Shown here: piece by piece, positions 63,275 to 64,000 of the stretch
How positions within the stretch are numbered: the stretch's first letter is position 1
How the letters are laid out: every line of letters begins with the position of its first letter
NCBI GenBank assembly: GCA_043757515.1
Contig: JAYVPD010000012.1
Span: 1,658 to 65,657 of the forward strand
Length of the DNA: 64,000 bases
Direction: 5' to 3'
DNA from: Pseudobdellovibrionaceae bacterium
Lineage (GTDB): Bacteria; Bdellovibrionota; Bdellovibrionia; Bdellovibrionales; Bdellovibrionaceae
Translations under genes and position numbers: made by a program
The notes under the pieces: generated by a model
The model's database searches: none
What the model saw: the letters and a program-made list of their open reading frames with translations, nothing else
What the model was told of the DNA's origin: nothing

Positions 63275-64000
63275 TCGAGTCCTCAATTGGCTCTGGAGTA
63301 TCATCCGACACGAGTCCATAAAGCCGCTCTTTTCGATAGAGTGTTCGTCGACTGACGCCAAGAATTTCAGCGGCCTCTTCTTTTTTATTGTTTACTTCAC
63401 TCATAATTAACTTGATATATCTCTCTTCAAGCTTTTCAAGGGTAGGTCGGTCTGCATGAAGTTGTTCGATGTTTTGGTGCGCTTCTTCTAGGGCGCTTCC
63501 CAGAATCACATTTTTTTCAATCAAGGTACCTGAGCTTAATACTATAGCCCTCTCTATCACATTTTCTAGTTCACGCACATTCCCAGGCCATGGGTGGGCC
63601 ATTAATAGGCTCATGGCCTCGGTGGTTACCCCTTGGATATTTGAATTATTTCTGATTGCGAATTTTTTAATAAAGTTTTCGACTAACAAGGGGATGTCTT
63701 CCATTCGCTCTCTTAACGGAGGCACTCGAATTGGGACAACATTTAGCCTGTAAAAAAGATCTTCACGAAATTTTCCATCTTTTACCATTATTTTTAAATC
63801 TCGATGGGTGGCCGCAATTATTCGAACATCGATGGTCTTTAAACTATTGCCTCCGACGGCGCGAATTTGTTTGTCCTGCAGGACGCGCAAAAGTTTTGAT
63901 TGAAGTTGAAGGCTCATATCGCCAATTTCATCTAAAAATAAAGTGCCGCCATTGGCCTCTTCAAAAAGTCCTTTTTTTTCAGAAATGGCACCCGTGAAAG
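63258..64000 (-). CDS. sigma-54-dependent Fis-family transcriptional activator, C-terminal part (continues beyond the right edge)
   Basis: Own translation stays open upstream of the track Met: ...[41 protein letters not shown]...[22 protein letters not shown]... (AAA+ Walker B, R-finger region). C-terminal [18 protein letters not shown]. Confidence 0.85.
   Translation of the reverse strand, partial: FTGAISEKKGLFEEANGGTLFLDEIGDMSLQLQSKLLRVLQDKQIRAVGGNSLKTIDVRIIAATHRDLKIMVKDGKFREDLFYRLNVVPIRVPPLRERMEDIPLLVENFIKKFAIRNNSNIQGVTTEAMSLLMAHPWPGNVRELENVIERAIVLSSGTLIEKNVILGSALEEAHQNIEQLHADRPTLEKLEERYIKLIMSEVNNKKEEAAEILGVSRRTLYRKERLYGLVSDDTPEPIEDSNEKTN

Noticed and set aside
63258-63917. Track ORF start (Met at 63917) for the sigma-54 activator
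   Set aside because: The frame remains open to position 64000 and encodes the Walker B region ([11 protein letters not shown]) upstream of that Met. The gene is truncated by the window, and the Met is not its start.

Overview
AT-rich (by eye) bacterial chromosomal window with dense coding on both strands. There are many predicted lipoproteins and secreted repeat proteins, and a fused ccoNO gene. Together these suggest a Bdellovibrio-like / Oligoflexia-type organism, but that is a low-confidence inference. Left edge: a 5'-partial tyrosine integrase abuts tRNA-Asp(GTC), so any integrated island lies outside the window to the left. Recognisable core genes are murB, an S1/CvfB-like RNA-binding protein, PPK2, an ECF sigma/anti-sigma/S41 protease trio, a thiolase and a tandem SRPBCC protein. 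Also present are a BlaI/BlaR1-like pair, an OmpA-family protein, a full cbb3 oxidase locus (ccoI-ccoS-ccoNO-ccoQ-ccoP-ccoG), kdpFABC with divergent kdpDE, and a four-gene two-component cluster ending in a partial sigma-54 activator. A conserved-looking envelope/polyamine cluster is also present (2x DUF4178, DUF350, membrane spermidine-synthase-like protein, Tat-exported FAD oxidoreductase). Most unusual items: (1) An 875-aa protein has a textbook type IV prepilin leader, a phage-tail-fibre-like stalk and a C-terminal S74 self-cleaving chaperone domain, and sits in a tight operon with a HAMP-like mini membrane protein and a 16-Cys secreted protein. (2) A 1719-aa lipoprotein carries five tandem ~800-bp modules, each an Ig-like unit plus a 4-Cys domain that aligns by eye to the collagen XVIII endostatin fold (DUF1554-like). 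(3) A 292-bp nested palindrome with two perfect 42-bp arm pairs lies between divergent genes. (4) CcoG is fused in frame to an outer-membrane porin-like beta-barrel. (5) An ABC1/UbiB-like kinase is interrupted by one in-frame TAG. (6) A BlaR1-type M56 protease has a lytic transglycosylase as its sensor domain. (7) A KdpE-box-like sequence is duplicated as a perfect 20-bp inverted repeat between kdpF and a divergent small membrane gene. No rRNA, CRISPR array or complete transposon was seen. All family assignments are from motif recognition by eye and need HMM/BLAST confirmation.
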